From the NCBI GenBank assembly GCA_963848965.1, contig CAWKFG010000001.1:128001-192000 (forward strand): DNA of 64,000 bases, in the 5' to 3' direction. The notes under the pieces are model-generated. The model worked only from the letters and a program-made list of their open reading frames with translations, was not told the origin of the DNA and made no database searches. Source of the stretch: an uncultured bacterium (GTDB lineage Bacteria; Babelota; Babeliae; Babelales; Babelaceae). Shown piece after piece: positions 51,709 to 61,354 of this stretch. The position numbers and the translations under genes are program-made. How positions within the stretch are numbered: position 1 is the first letter of the stretch; each line of letters starts with the position of its first letter.

Positions 51709-52105
51709 CTTTTAGACACCCTTACAAAATAATTGCCTTAGAGAAATCTAGTAAGTATACTTGCCCTACGTAATTACTTCTATAGGTACAAAAGGGGAGT
51801 ATCATGCACATTTTTCTGTTTCTTACGCTTTTAACAAATATAGGTATTACGCACATCATCCACGTCTTTTAACCTTGATACGCATACGATCTACGAATCT
51901 CCTCAGCATCTTCATTGATTTTAACTTTGTGCGTAAAGATCTCTTGCGTATCTATGGGCATAACCCTCTTGGTTATTTTCTTTTTGTTCGTGTAGAGCTG
52001 GTATAATTTATTTTCTCTCAAGAAGTTTGTTATATAAATCTTGCTTTCCAGGACTTTAATCCTTTAAATTATTTAATAATAGAAAAATAAAATAAGGATG
52101 ATAAT

Positions 52106-53506
52106 ATGAAAAGAGTATGGTATATAGTTGGATCAATAGTACTAGTTCTTTTTGGGCTTAAGGTAATAAATACGTATATACGGACATCACCTGGTCATAG
52201 CAATTGGGCAGGCAATCAAACATGTCAGCCACGTAAAATTTTTTATCCAAAAACAAAAGAAGAACTTATAGCTATAGTACAGGATGCAGCTAAGAATAAG
52301 TATCGTATTCATGCTTATGGTTCTTTTCACTCGTGGAGTGATATTGTCTGTGCAGATTATCTTATTAATACTGATACATTAAACAAAATACTTTCAGTAG
52401 ATAAAGAAAAAATGCGTGTGCGTGTTGAAGCTGGTATTAAGCTTGAAGATCTTAATAAAAAGCTTGCACACATGAATTTAGCTCTTGAGAATGTGCCTGA
52501 TATGACTGCACAAAGTATAGCAGGCATAACTGCTACAGCTACTCATGGGACAGGACATACTGGAACACTTTCTGATTTTATAGAAGGAGTAGAGCTTGTC
52601 ACTGGTACTGGGATAGTACGTACACTTTCAAAATCTGAAAATCCAGAGCAGTTTGCAGCTGCTCGTATGAGTTTGGGAGCTCTTGGTATTGTTTATGCAC
52701 TTACCTTGCGATGTGTGCCATTATTTAAGGTAAAGCATACAAGAGAGGTAACTGATTGGCCGACGTTGAGTAAACAGTACAAAGATCTTTATGCAAAGAA
52801 TGATTTTTTCCAATTCTTCTGGAATCCCTATACAGATAAAGCTATTACCTATAGCTTTAATAAAACAGATGATCCGGTGACAACAGTTGCAAACACTTAT
52901 TTACGGTACAAACAAAAGCTTTTTATTGGATATTGGACAGGAGAGCTATGGGTAACATTATTACGATGGTTTCCTCACCTTACTCCTTCGTTTATAGACT
53001 TTTTCTTTAGAGCTTCACAGATACGTGACTATGTAGACTATGGATATAATATATTGGCAAAGTCGCACAACTATCGAGATGAAGTTATTTATTATGAAGA
53101 AGAGATTGGTATTCCTATAGATGAGTTGCCAGAAGCGTTAAAAGAGGTAAAAGAGCTTATGTTAAAGTATCAAAAAGAAGGATACTATGTTTTTATGTGG
53201 GGGGTCTTAATAAGATTTGTAAAAGCAGAACAGGATATCTATCTTAGCCCAGCTGCTCAAAGAGATACTGCCTATATTAGTATTACAAATCCTACGATAA
53301 ATAATAACTTTTATCGAGAATTTTATGAGCGAATGTTGAAATATCGAGGAAGAGCTCATTGGGGTAAAATTAACTTTTTAACTACTGAGGATGCTCGCAA
53401 ACTGTATGGTGATAACTTTGACAAGTTTGTGAAAGTACGAAGAGAGCTTGATACCCAAGATATATTCTCAAATCCATTTGTAGAACGAATTTTAGATCCA
53501 AAATAA
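52106..53506 (+). CDS. FAD-linked aldonolactone oxidase (L-gulonolactone/D-arabinonolactone oxidase family)
   Basis: NWAG, GSFHSWS, ATATHGTG, SLGALG, HWGK, FSNPF; N-terminal TM anchor. Confidence 0.88.
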   Translation: MKRVWYIVGSIVLVLFGLKVINTYIRTSPGHSNWAGNQTCQPRKIFYPKTKEELIAIVQDAAKNKYRIHAYGSFHSWSDIVCADYLINTDTLNKILSVDKEKMRVRVEAGIKLEDLNKKLAHMNLALENVPDMTAQSIAGITATATHGTGHTGTLSDFIEGVELVTGTGIVRTLSKSENPEQFAAARMSLGALGIVYALTLRCVPLFKVKHTREVTDWPTLSKQYKDLYAKNDFFQFFWNPYTDKAITYSFNKTDDPVTTVANTYLRYKQKLFIGYWTGELWVTLLRWFPHLTPSFIDFFFRASQIRDYVDYGYNILAKSHNYRDEVIYYEEEIGIPIDELPEALKEVKELMLKYQKEGYYVFMWGVLIRFVKAEQDIYLSPAAQRDTAYISITNPTINNNFYREFYERMLKYRGRAHWGKINFLTTEDARKLYGDNFDKFVKVRRELDTQDIFSNPFVERILDPK

Positions 53507-53520
53507 AGAAGAGGAATAAC

Positions 53521-53727
53521 ATGACTAAGAAAAAGGATATACAACACACTATTGAGCCAGATACCTATGAAGAGGCGATACTCTATAATACAGAGGTAGA
53601 AACTGAATATGGTGAAAACCATGATCAGCGTATCAGCCACCATGAAAAAAGGCGTAGTTCGCGCCCACATAGATGCGTAGGGCCACAATGTGAAGATGTT
53701 TTTAAAGATCCTAAACATGCAAAGTAG
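53521..53727 (+). CDS. Small hypothetical protein
   Basis: GAGG RBS, 68 aa, 14 bp after the oxidase gene. Confidence 0.55.
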   Translation: MTKKKDIQHTIEPDTYEEAILYNTEVETEYGENHDQRISHHEKRRSSRPHRCVGPQCEDVFKDPKHAK

Positions 53728-53794
53728 TAATGGTGAATATGTTACACGATGTCTAGAGCCGTTTCGGCCTATGGAGACTAGATAAGACTTTATG

Positions 53795-54262
53795 TCATAG
53801 CTTTTTATGCATAATAAAAGTAAAAAATGTTAAGCCACAGTGCTTTTTTTGCTGAGTTTGTAGTACTTCATAGCCCTTTTGCTCAAAAAAGGGTTTAGCT
53901 GTAATGCTTGACTCAACAGTAAGGCCTTTAATACCGCATTGTTTTGCTTCTTGTTCAAGAGCAGATAAAATGCGAGAACCTATCCCTTTACTCTGAAAGC
54001 TCCTGTGAGTATAGAGCCTATCGACATGTCCTTCTGAGGTCATATCACCAAAACCCACAATATGATTATCAAGCTCAGCAACATAAGTTATATTATTATT
54101 TAATGAAGTGTACCACCGTTTTATATCAGGATCTTTTGGTGCCCATGCTTCAGCCTGTTCGTGAGAATAATCTTTTATATTGATGGTATGAACAGTGTCA
54201 TAGAAAAGTTGTAAAATATGGTTTAAATCTGCAGGCCGAAACTTTCTAATCTTCATGGGCAC
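53795..54262 (-). CDS. GNAT acetyltransferase (YafP-like)
   Basis: DYSHEQAEAWA, DRLYTH..FQSKGIG, SITAKPFFE. Confidence 0.9.
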   Translation of the reverse strand: MPMKIRKFRPADLNHILQLFYDTVHTINIKDYSHEQAEAWAPKDPDIKRWYTSLNNNITYVAELDNHIVGFGDMTSEGHVDRLYTHRSFQSKGIGSRILSALEQEAKQCGIKGLTVESSITAKPFFEQKGYEVLQTQQKKHCGLTFFTFIMHKKL

Positions 54263-54278
54263 GACTATTAATAAATAC

Positions 54279-54866
54279 TTATGTAGAAGCTACAGGGCAT
54301 GCATGTCTATTAATCGCCAAAGCAAGCATCACTGAATACCAGCCTGTTACAATTAATTCAACACCAATTAATGTTCCTATAAGCCAAAGACTGGAAGCAG
54401 GCCACTGAGCTAAAACAATGATACCTAAAAGAACACTGACAATACCACTTACAAGCATCCAACCCCAATTTTCAAGATTAATAGCAAGAGCATTAATAAT
54501 CTTAAAAAATCCGGTGACTGTGAAAAAACTTCCTAAAAGCAAGGTAAGAGAGACTGCGCTGAGTTTAGGATTTGCGATCATCATAACTCCTACGACAGCA
54601 CTAAATATACCAAGCAATACCTGAAGAAAGAATCCGCGCCATTGTATCGTCCAAAAAGCTTTTACAAAATAGACTACAGCAGCAGTAAGAAGAAGAACTC
54701 CAAAAAATATCATGCTATAGAGTGTTGTAAAGTTGGCAGTTGCAGTAGCAAGTGTTCCTAGAAAAACAAATACAAGACCTACTGCAAAAAGCCACGGCCA
54801 TTTTGGACAAAGACCTTTAATGTCTTTTAAGTCTAAACGCCCAGCTGTTTTTATTGAATCGTTCAT
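54279..54866 (-). CDS. HdeD/DUF308 membrane protein
   Basis: Six TM helices; WGWMLVSG, WPASSLWLIGTLIGVEL. Confidence 0.88.
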   Translation of the reverse strand: MNDSIKTAGRLDLKDIKGLCPKWPWLFAVGLVFVFLGTLATATANFTTLYSMIFFGVLLLTAAVVYFVKAFWTIQWRGFFLQVLLGIFSAVVGVMMIANPKLSAVSLTLLLGSFFTVTGFFKIINALAINLENWGWMLVSGIVSVLLGIIVLAQWPASSLWLIGTLIGVELIVTGWYSVMLALAINRHACPVAST

Positions 54867-54946
54867 AGCTTTTCCTTCTTATTATAGAGAGTTATTTTTA
54901 TATAACTATACCTTAAATGAAAAGCATAGATCAATATTTTAAGCAC

Positions 54947-55354
54947 CTATTGTCGTGTTTCACTCACAATAAAGATATCTTTATCATGTTCTCGCATAAC
55001 ATATATTTGAGGAGCTTCTTGATAGGCAAGATCTTCCCAATCTTCTACAACGGTTGCAAGCTCATCTATACTTATGTCTGTTTGAAGGACCTTATGTGAT
55101 CTATCAACGTTATGGAGCTTAATTATAAGCATATTTTCTTGTACGCGTTCAAAGGTAATTTTAGAATGCTGCGCTGTATGAAATGTTAACGGCTTATTTT
55201 CTTTTATAGATGGAAAATCTTCAAGATCAGTTTTTACAAAACCTCTAATATCATCATCTAAAAGGAGCTCGCCAATAAGGTACAGGCGTTCATCAGTATG
55301 ATCTACAATGGTATATGCCCCGTTTTCTAATCGCTCAAATTTGACGTAGTACAT
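54947..55354 (-). CDS. Hypothetical acidic protein
   Basis: AAGGAG RBS, 135 aa. Confidence 0.7.
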   Translation of the reverse strand: MYYVKFERLENGAYTIVDHTDERLYLIGELLLDDDIRGFVKTDLEDFPSIKENKPLTFHTAQHSKITFERVQENMLIIKLHNVDRSHKVLQTDISIDELATVVEDWEDLAYQEAPQIYVMREHDKDIFIVSETRQ

Positions 55355-55463
55355 AGCAGCTCCTTCTCATGGTTTCTTACCTAAGATAGTATACTACCAT
55401 TTTATACTATAAATAAAGATTTGTTGACTGAATAGCTATAGCTTCTTGCTCTCTAGTTTACAT

Positions 55464-56984
55464 CTACTGCGATCCATCATGAGGTGGTTTGAATGCAGAG
55501 GTATATTCTAGGCAATATAAAGGTCTTGTTGTATTGGCAAGGGCATCATCGCGTGTTTCAGGATTATACGAAATAAGATAGGCAGGGGGTGAGTAACAAC
55601 CTTGGCCGGAATCAGCTTTTTTGGAAAGAGCTATCTCTTCAATGAGTGATTTTTCTCGTAGAGCATTTTTTATAGTGCTAAAGATTGCATATCTCAAGGT
55701 AAGTTGTTGTAAAGCAGGGTTTTGATAGAGTGCTTTTTCAAAATCCTTCAGTCTAAAACCGTTATTGTCTACTTTTATAATAGGATAGTGGCTATGATCA
55801 GTAAAGAGCTCTAAAATCTTGATTATGGCTTGGGGGCTCAGCATATTGTTTTGTATATTAAGAAGTTGTAGTGATTGAGGAACTGCTGTAAGTGTGGCCA
55901 TATCTTTATCGGTAAATTGACATGCATCAAGGCTTAATGTTTGTACATGATTAAGAATATTTTCTCTAATGCCACGCAAGATACACTCTTTAAAGCTATC
56001 TGCATGCAGAGGCTGTGTGCAGTCTAAGATTATCCCTTGTTCATCTATAGTAAATTCTATATCACCGGTATCAGTAGTATTATAAATAGGGCGATCTGTT
56101 ATCATTATTGCATAACCATTTTCAAATTGCAGGTAACTTTTACAATGTGCATTGTTTAATGCGTCTAATTGTCCATAGAAGGTGACTGGATGAGGCTCTA
56201 TAGTACTATCTGGATCCATGGTTGATGCTCCATACTGAAGAGTATTTTGAGCTGGGTGATGATATCCTTCATGCTTATTTGCACTGATAACGAAACAACT
56301 AGGTGAAATAGCTTTAAGCCATTCTTCGCTATTGCTTCCTTCTGTTGCTGATCCATGATGGCTTGCAAGAAGGAGCGGAGCTTTAAGTGTTTCTGCATTA
56401 CGAAGAAGCTTTTCTGTTATTCTTCCTGTAGCATCTGCGGGTAAAATAATGGGTGTTCCTTTGTATTCTACTTTAAGTACTATGCTTTTATCATTTTTAT
56501 TAGAACTCTTTTTTTCTGCAGACAGTACAGTGCAATAAGAGGGTAATCCGTAATTATTTTCTTGTGCAGATGGTTGGCTTGTATACCTAAAGAGATTTTG
56601 AGAAAGCTTAAAGCGTTTTATAAATGGTGGAAAATCTTGTGGAGAGCCTCCTAATAAGAAAGATAGTTTAAATTTATGCTGTAGAAGAGAGGTAGCAAGA
56701 GGAACTATCCAGCTATAATGATCTCTATCTCCATGACTTACTACTATTGTGAGTCTTTTTTGCGGAACAAGCACAGTAATCTTTTTAATAATCGTTTGCA
56801 TTCGCTCTGCGCTTGTAGAATTGTAGGGTAGCTTAGATGAGCCAGCATCAACGAGCACAGCTCGTTCATGAGGGTGTACAACTAACGTGCAATTACCTTG
56901 TCCTACATCAAATACAATGACCTTCATTGCAACAAGATAAATGTTAAAATGTATAATACAGAAAAGAATACTGCTTCTATACAT
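55464..56984 (-). CDS. Exported ComEC-like metallo-beta-lactamase-fold hydrolase with LRR-like C-terminus
   Basis: FDVGQGN, LVDAGS, SHGDRDH, NDKSIVL, ASHHGS, YHHP; LSLDACQF and LQLLNIQNNML. Confidence 0.8.
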   Translation of the reverse strand: MYRSSILFCIIHFNIYLVAMKVIVFDVGQGNCTLVVHPHERAVLVDAGSSKLPYNSTSAERMQTIIKKITVLVPQKRLTIVVSHGDRDHYSWIVPLATSLLQHKFKLSFLLGGSPQDFPPFIKRFKLSQNLFRYTSQPSAQENNYGLPSYCTVLSAEKKSSNKNDKSIVLKVEYKGTPIILPADATGRITEKLLRNAETLKAPLLLASHHGSATEGSNSEEWLKAISPSCFVISANKHEGYHHPAQNTLQYGASTMDPDSTIEPHPVTFYGQLDALNNAHCKSYLQFENGYAIMITDRPIYNTTDTGDIEFTIDEQGIILDCTQPLHADSFKECILRGIRENILNHVQTLSLDACQFTDKDMATLTAVPQSLQLLNIQNNMLSPQAIIKILELFTDHSHYPIIKVDNNGFRLKDFEKALYQNPALQQLTLRYAIFSTIKNALREKSLIEEIALSKKADSGQGCYSPPAYLISYNPETRDDALANTTRPLYCLEYTSAFKPPHDGSQ

Positions 56985-57255
56985 GTGTATACCTTTCAAG
57001 TAATACTTGCTTTACAAGTAAATGATAAAACCTCTCTTTATAGTATGCTATCTTATAAAATTAGTGAATGCCTTGTGTAGCTTTCACACTAAGCAGCAAA
57101 AAGTTATTTTTTTAACAGATAAGCAATAAATTATTATGATGTAATTTTATCTCCTTGTGATTGGACTTTGGAACATGTATGTTTATACATTCAAGAAGCA
57201 TGTCATACTCTCAACGTAAAGAAATTATCTGCAGAGCAAACGGGTCTTCTCTATA

Positions 57256-57324
57256 ATGCAATTTGCTGCACAGTGTGGATATAAAGAAATAGTATAAGTA
57301 CTAGAAACTTACAAGCGAGAATAG
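57256..57324 (+). pseudogene. Tiny ankyrin-repeat remnant
   Basis: MQFAAQCGYKEIV*VLETYKRE resembles a terminal ankyrin repeat. Confidence 0.35.
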
Positions 57325-57467
57325 TACTACTTTCATAAAAATAGATATATGCTGATTGCTAGCAGATAAGCGTATGCATAGTAATGCTCACATTATTCCT
57401 TGTGAAACTAATTAAGAAGTATTATCAGAAAGCCTATAATGAAATTGTAGAGCGGGGAAGACCTTCA

Positions 57468-57515
57468 TTGAAAAATAAGCATTCTGTGCTATACTAGAAG
57501 TAATAATCATTACTA
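57468..57515 (+). promoter_or_regulatory. suf promoter with Fur/PerR-like box
   Basis: TTGAAA-N16-TATACT, then TAATAATCATTACTA at 57501-57515. Confidence 0.55.
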
Positions 57516-57531
57516 GTATACGGACTTATCT

Positions 57532-58266
57532 ATGCTTTCTTTAGAAAATATTAGTATTTCTTGCTCTGAAACGAAAGTTATTAATAACCTTTCGCTTTCT
57601 TTTACGCCTGGAACAGTGACCGTTTTAATGGGACCAAATGGTTCTGGTAAAAGTACGTTGGCATATACACTTATGGGCCATCCAAAGTACTATGTTACTC
57701 AAGGTTCTATTATCTTTAATGAGCATAATTTCCTTGAATTACCGGTTGAAAAGCGAGCACGATTAGGACTCTTTTTAGCATGTCAGTATCCGCAGGAAGT
57801 TCCTGGAGTTCAAGTATTTACTTTCTTAAAGGAAGCTCATCGTATGCTTACAGGAAAAGAGCTTTCTGTAAGCGATTTTCAACAGTTATTGTATACAGTT
57901 TTTGATACTGTCAAATTAGATCATAGTTTTGCTTATAGAAATCTTCATGAAGGTTTTTCAGGTGGAGAAAAAAAGCGTCTTGAGATTGCACAGTTATTAC
58001 TCTTTCAACCAAAGCTTGCTATTTTAGATGAAATAGATTCTGGCCTTGATGTAGATGCATTAAAGCTTGTTGCTGAAGCTATAAATACTGCACGGATACA
58101 GAATCCTGCTATGAGTATAGTACTTATTACGCACTATGCTCGTATTTTAAAGTATATTACTCCAGATACAGTTCATATTCTTATGAATGGTTCCATTGTA
58201 AAATCGGGAGATCATAGTTTGGCAGAGCTTATTGAGAGCAAAGGATATGATGGACTATCTCTTTAA
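57532..58266 (+). CDS. sufC: Fe-S assembly ATPase SufC
   Basis: GPNGSGKST, QYPQEVPGV, GFSGGEKKR, LDEIDSGLDVDAL. Confidence 0.97.
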   Translation: MLSLENISISCSETKVINNLSLSFTPGTVTVLMGPNGSGKSTLAYTLMGHPKYYVTQGSIIFNEHNFLELPVEKRARLGLFLACQYPQEVPGVQVFTFLKEAHRMLTGKELSVSDFQQLLYTVFDTVKLDHSFAYRNLHEGFSGGEKKRLEIAQLLLFQPKLAILDEIDSGLDVDALKLVAEAINTARIQNPAMSIVLITHYARILKYITPDTVHILMNGSIVKSGDHSLAELIESKGYDGLSL

Positions 58267-59593
58267 AACTGAAAAAGGGCTCAATAAGGCTATTGTTACG
58301 CAAATTTCTGAGCGTAAAAATGAGCCTGGCTGGATGACAGATTTTCGCTTAAAAGCTTTAGAGGTCTTTGAATCATTGAAGATGCCTTCATGGGGTCCAG
58401 ATCTTTCAGAACTTTCAATGGATGATATTCATTACTATATAAAACCGTTAGATAGTCAAAAGTCTACGTGGAAAGATGTCCCTGAAAAAATTAAAAAGAC
58501 ATTTGAAGCTCTTGGTATTCCTCAAGCAGAACGTGCAATGCTTGCAGGAGTAGGTGCACAGTTTGAATCTGAAGTGATCTATAAAAGTTTAAAAAAAGAG
58601 TGGGCAGCACAAGGAGTTTTATTCTGTGATATGAATACCGGACTACGTGATTATCCAGAGATTTTTAAAAAATATTTTTCTACGATAGTTCCTGTGCATG
58701 ACAATAAATTTGCTGCTTTAAATTCTGCTGTCTGGAGTGGTGGAAGTTTTGTGTATATTCCTCAGGGAGTTCAGGTAGAGTTACCATTGCAAGCCTATTT
58801 TCGTATAGATCAAGCGAGTATGGGCCAATTTGAACGAACGCTTATTATCGCAGAAGAAGGCTCTTTTGTTCATTATATAGAAGGCTGCAGTGCACCTCTT
58901 TATAAAACAAGCTCGTTGCATAGTGCTGTTGTTGAAATTAGTGCTCATGCTCGTGCACAGGTGCGTTATACTACCATTCAGAACTGGGCTCCTAATATTT
59001 ATAACTTAGTAACAAAGAGAGCTATTGCGTATCGTGATGCTTCAGTTTCATGGATTGATGGCAATTTTGGTAGTAAAGTAACTATGAAATATCCTTCTGT
59101 TATTTTAAAAGAGCCAGGAGCTCATGGAGAGATTCTTTCAATAGCGGTAGCATCGGCAGGGCAACACCAGGATTCTGGGGGAAAAATTATTCACTTGGCA
59201 CCGCACACTAGTTCAACAATTGTCTCAAAGTCTTTGAGCAAAGACGGAGGACGAACAAGTTATAGAGGTCTTTTAAAAGTGGTTAAAGGAGCAAAACAGG
59301 TACGCTCTCGTGTGCAATGTGATGCTCTTATGCTTGATAGCAAAGCGCAATCAGATACCTATCCTACAATGGTTATTCAAGAGACTGCAGTAGATGTAGG
59401 CCATGAAGCATCGGTTTCTAAAATAAGTGATGAGCAACTTTTCTATTTAATAAGTAGAGGGATTACTGCTTCTGCGGCAAGTGCAATGATTGTAAACGGT
59501 TTTATAGAGCCTTTTACTAAGACCTTGCCAATGGAATATGCAGTAGAACTCAACCGTTTAATTATTTCTGAGATGGAGGGATCCATTGGCTAA
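58247..59593 (+). CDS. sufB: Fe-S assembly protein SufB
   Basis: KFAALNSAVWSGGSF, GQFERTLII, YIEGC, LPMEYAVE. Confidence 0.98.
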   Translation: MMDYLFKTEKGLNKAIVTQISERKNEPGWMTDFRLKALEVFESLKMPSWGPDLSELSMDDIHYYIKPLDSQKSTWKDVPEKIKKTFEALGIPQAERAMLAGVGAQFESEVIYKSLKKEWAAQGVLFCDMNTGLRDYPEIFKKYFSTIVPVHDNKFAALNSAVWSGGSFVYIPQGVQVELPLQAYFRIDQASMGQFERTLIIAEEGSFVHYIEGCSAPLYKTSSLHSAVVEISAHARAQVRYTTIQNWAPNIYNLVTKRAIAYRDASVSWIDGNFGSKVTMKYPSVILKEPGAHGEILSIAVASAGQHQDSGGKIIHLAPHTSSTIVSKSLSKDGGRTSYRGLLKVVKGAKQVRSRVQCDALMLDSKAQSDTYPTMVIQETAVDVGHEASVSKISDEQLFYLISRGITASAASAMIVNGFIEPFTKTLPMEYAVELNRLIISEMEGSIG

Positions 59594-60776
59594 ACAGATT
59601 CTTATGCCTGTAGGACTATTTCCCTCTCATGCGGTTATTGCTCAATGGTTTTCTGTACTTAGTTCTTTAGGATTATCATCTTTTAGAGAGCAAGCATATA
59701 AAGCATATATGCAAAAGGCACTACTAGAAGATAAAGAGTTAAGCTTGTTTATGCCTTTTTCGCTCTGTTGGGATCAGTACATGATTCAGTCTGCTAGAGT
59801 GCATTTTAAAGCACCAAAAGGCATATGGCTTAAACCGATAGAAGAAGCATATGCGTATTCTCATATAAAAGAGCGTATTGTTTCAGTCCTTACAGCGCAT
59901 AACAAGTCAGCTTTTGAGCTTCTTGTATATAGCGTATATAATCAGGCGTATGTACTCTATATACCAAAGGGTACTCAAAGCCAAGAACCGATTAGTATAG
60001 AGCATATACAAACTGAGTTAGGTATTACACTATCAGTGCTTATCGTAATTGTAGAGCCAGAAGCACAGATAACTCTTATTAAAAAAACGAGTGCTCTACA
60101 GGTAATGGTATCTGTGATGCATACGTTTATAGAATCAGATGCTCAAGTAAGAGTGATAGAAGAATATGTTAATGACCAAGATGCCTCTAGTATAGAGCAG
60201 GCCACTTGGCAGCTATCGCATAATGCTCTGCTTACTCTGCTTGAAAGTGTTCTTGGAGGAACTACTTTAAAAATGACAGATCATCATCTTATTGGCCATT
60301 ATGCTCATGTAGAGCATACAATGCTTGCAGCTATAAAGAAAAAAGAGAAAATAGCACAGAGTGTTTGGCAACACCATTATGAGAAAAATAGTACAAGTAA
60401 GGTAGAGGCAAAAGCAGTTCTTTTAGATGAAGCATCTTCTTTTTATCGAGGTACAATTACAATTGAAGCGGAAGCAAACAGTAGTCAGGCTGAACAGTAT
60501 CATAGTGCTCTTATGGTAGGAAAAAATGCTCGCACATGTGCTATACCCTCTTTAGAAATTAAGACAAATGAGGTACACTGTAAACATGGCAGCGCAGCTG
60601 CTCATATTCAAGAAGAAGATCTGTGGTACCTTCTTTCTCGTGGTATTGATACTGCACAAGCACAGAGACTGCTTATTGAAGGCTTTTTAAAAGACAATGC
60701 TCTTATGACCAGTTATGGGCAACTTGGGCAAAAAATGGTTAATAATATAGAAAATGCTTTAGAGGGCTTTTTGTGA
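59586..60776 (+). CDS. sufD: Fe-S assembly protein SufD (divergent)
   Basis: PSLEI..NEVHCKHGSA, YLLSRGI, LLIEGF. Confidence 0.9.
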   Translation: MAKQILMPVGLFPSHAVIAQWFSVLSSLGLSSFREQAYKAYMQKALLEDKELSLFMPFSLCWDQYMIQSARVHFKAPKGIWLKPIEEAYAYSHIKERIVSVLTAHNKSAFELLVYSVYNQAYVLYIPKGTQSQEPISIEHIQTELGITLSVLIVIVEPEAQITLIKKTSALQVMVSVMHTFIESDAQVRVIEEYVNDQDASSIEQATWQLSHNALLTLLESVLGGTTLKMTDHHLIGHYAHVEHTMLAAIKKKEKIAQSVWQHHYEKNSTSKVEAKAVLLDEASSFYRGTITIEAEANSSQAEQYHSALMVGKNARTCAIPSLEIKTNEVHCKHGSAAAHIQEEDLWYLLSRGIDTAQAQRLLIEGFLKDNALMTSYGQLGQKMVNNIENALEGFL

Positions 60777-61354
60777 AACGAATACTAGTAATTCTTATTT
60801 TTTTAGCATTCGGTGCTACCTGTTTTGGTACAAAAAAGTGGAGCAAAGATATAGCACGTTGGCTTTATATAGTAGAAAATCATCCAGATATCACATATGA
60901 TTACTGCCAAAGTCTTATTAACCATCCGGATCCTAGTCAACAGATGTCTATGTTGAAATTAATGCTATTAAGAGCACTTGCAAACAGGGGACATGTACAA
61001 TCGCTTACTGACTTTGGACAGATGTATCTGTTAAGTACCAATGAAGAACAAAGAGAAAAGGGAAGAAGGCTTCTTATCAAAGCTGCCAAAGCAGACTATA
61101 AACCTGCTTGTTGTATTTTAAGTAGAGACTATTTTATGAGTGGTTATATAGATGAAGGAATAACATGGCTTGCTAAAGCGCTTGCTCCTACTGTCAAAAT
61201 AGTTGTATCTAAAGATAGACTTGATTTTAAACGATTAGTACTTTATGATGAAGCTGCAATAGAATTTTTAAATGAAGTTAAAAGCGGAATGTGCGGTCAA
61301 AATGCGCAATTAGTTGTTGAAGCATTGGCAAAAGAGGAATTACGTGCCACATAA
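60773..61354 (+). CDS. Exported Sel1-like repeat protein
   Basis: Signal peptide; ANRGHVQSLTDFGQMY, LIKAAKADY, ITWLAKA. Confidence 0.65.
   Translation: MKRILVILIFLAFGATCFGTKKWSKDIARWLYIVENHPDITYDYCQSLINHPDPSQQMSMLKLMLLRALANRGHVQSLTDFGQMYLLSTNEEQREKGRRLLIKAAKADYKPACCILSRDYFMSGYIDEGITWLAKALAPTVKIVVSKDRLDFKRLVLYDEAAIEFLNEVKSGMCGQNAQLVVEALAKEELRAT

Noticed and set aside
51761..52006. 81-aa ORF and a short MHIFLFLTLL ORF at 51803
   Set aside because: No coherent frame or homology; possibly a decayed gene, and it lacks the tract-plus-codon layout of the leader peptides
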